Assembly: GCF_006345805.1 (NCBI RefSeq)
Contig: NC_043009.1
Coordinates: 46,996,001 to 47,060,000, forward strand
Direction: 5' to 3'
DNA length: 64,000 nucleotides
DNA from: Octopus sinensis
Lineage: Eukaryota
Shown: piece after piece, positions 62,797 through 64,000 of the stretch
Layout: each line of letters starts with the position of its first letter
Position numbering within the stretch: position 1 is the first letter of the stretch
Translations under genes and position numbers: made by a program
The notes under the pieces: generated by a model
What the model saw: only the letters and a program-made list of their open reading frames with translations
Databases searched by the model: none
What the model was told of the DNA's origin: nothing

Positions 62797-62992
62797 ATTA
62801 TCGAATGCTCATAAACAATGTGTGTGCTTTGCTTGTTCGCCGGTCGGCTGCGACTTGACACACAGGAGATAACTCTCTCAAAGCACCGGTTTTTAACACC
62901 CCGTGCTTTGAGAAAGTCATCTCTTTCGTGTCAAATTGCAGTCGACAGGTGAACAAGCATACCACATACATTGTGTACGTGTGTTCGATAAT
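62797..62992. repeat. ~195-bp imperfect palindrome (MITE-like hairpin)
   Basis: ATTATCGAA...CTTGTTCGCCGGTCGGCTGCGACTTGACAC...CTCAAAGCAC / GTGCTTTGAG...GTGTCAAATTGCAGTCGACAGGTGAACAAG...TTCGATAAT. Confidence 0.85.
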
Positions 62993-63129
62993 GTTTGCAA
63001 CACTCGCGCTTCTTCTAAATCATATTTGAGTACGCATGCATGCACACATATGAAATGTTAGTAATCCAAATAAGTGGTAGCACCAAAAAAAATGCATAAA
63101 GAATATATTAGAATTTATACAGGTTTTAA

Positions 63130-63278
<149 letters not shown>

Positions 63279-64000
63279 TAGGCATGGCTCTGGGTTGTAG
63301 ACGTTCACTTGACAACCACGCAGAAGTTCCAGACTTAGTATCACTTCCCGGTGCCTTGTACTTTATGCAAATAAAAGCGCGAGTTCTTGACTGTGATGAT
63401 GAAACAAAGACCCTTGATGTAATTGTAGGAATATTTCAAGTTGATATTTTAGTGTACTTCTTTTTTTTTCTTTCTATCATTGTCTCTGAGTACTAGGTGG
63501 GTAACAATAAATAGAAAAAAAGTCTTCTAGGTATTTCAAAATAATGCTCACGCTGTCCATCAATGCAAGAAACCAATATAGAAATTGCAGATGATCTTGC
63601 ATTTCTTGCTAATTATTTTGCATGACGCCTAAGATTTACTATACTCCCTCAAAACAGTAGCAAACAGTGCAGGGCTCTATTCAAATGACCAAAACACAGA
63701 GTGTCACCAAAAGATAATACAATTACAAATTAAGCCGGTAAGTGATGATATTTTAAATTGTGTGAAGGATTTAGAATACTTTAGTTCATACATAATAGAC
63801 TGAGAAAGGATTTTGTTTTCACTCGGAAGACAATACAATGACCTGATTGCAATAAATAGACCGGTCTTTCATTATCTAATTTAATCAGGTATTAACTCGT
63901 CATATGTACTGTGAAGGGTGAGAATCAAAACAATGACTGGCATATTTATTTTTAACACGTTCCGGCTCATTCGAGCATGACTATGCTAATCGTGATTGTG

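Overview
This is AT-rich, repeat-dominated eukaryotic genomic DNA. The tRNA-derived SINE families and the very dense (TA)/(TG)/(TATG) microsatellites suggest a coleoid cephalopod, probably Octopus; this is inference. The only convincing host gene is a NOVA/pasilla-like KH RNA-binding protein gene at 0.3-2.1 kb, with two visible exons, a phase-2 GT-AG intron, and KH2- and KH3-type domains. The rest is a ~7.5 kb complex A4T4-rich array with an inverted (foldback-like) layout, a Neptune-type Penelope-like retroelement, and decayed LINE (Tx1/L1, CR1, RTE, RLE-type), Tc1/mariner, hAT and Helitron remnants, hairpin MITEs and over 30 SINE copies. The main hidden signal is five minimal type-I hammerhead ribozyme motifs in four unrelated elements: a Penelope 3' end, a 526-bp tandem unit, a ~240-bp inverted-repeat element, and a tRNA-headed SINE-like element. 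Almost all ORFs in the supplied track are repeat artefacts. Coordinates were read by eye, and the edges of decayed repeats are approximate.
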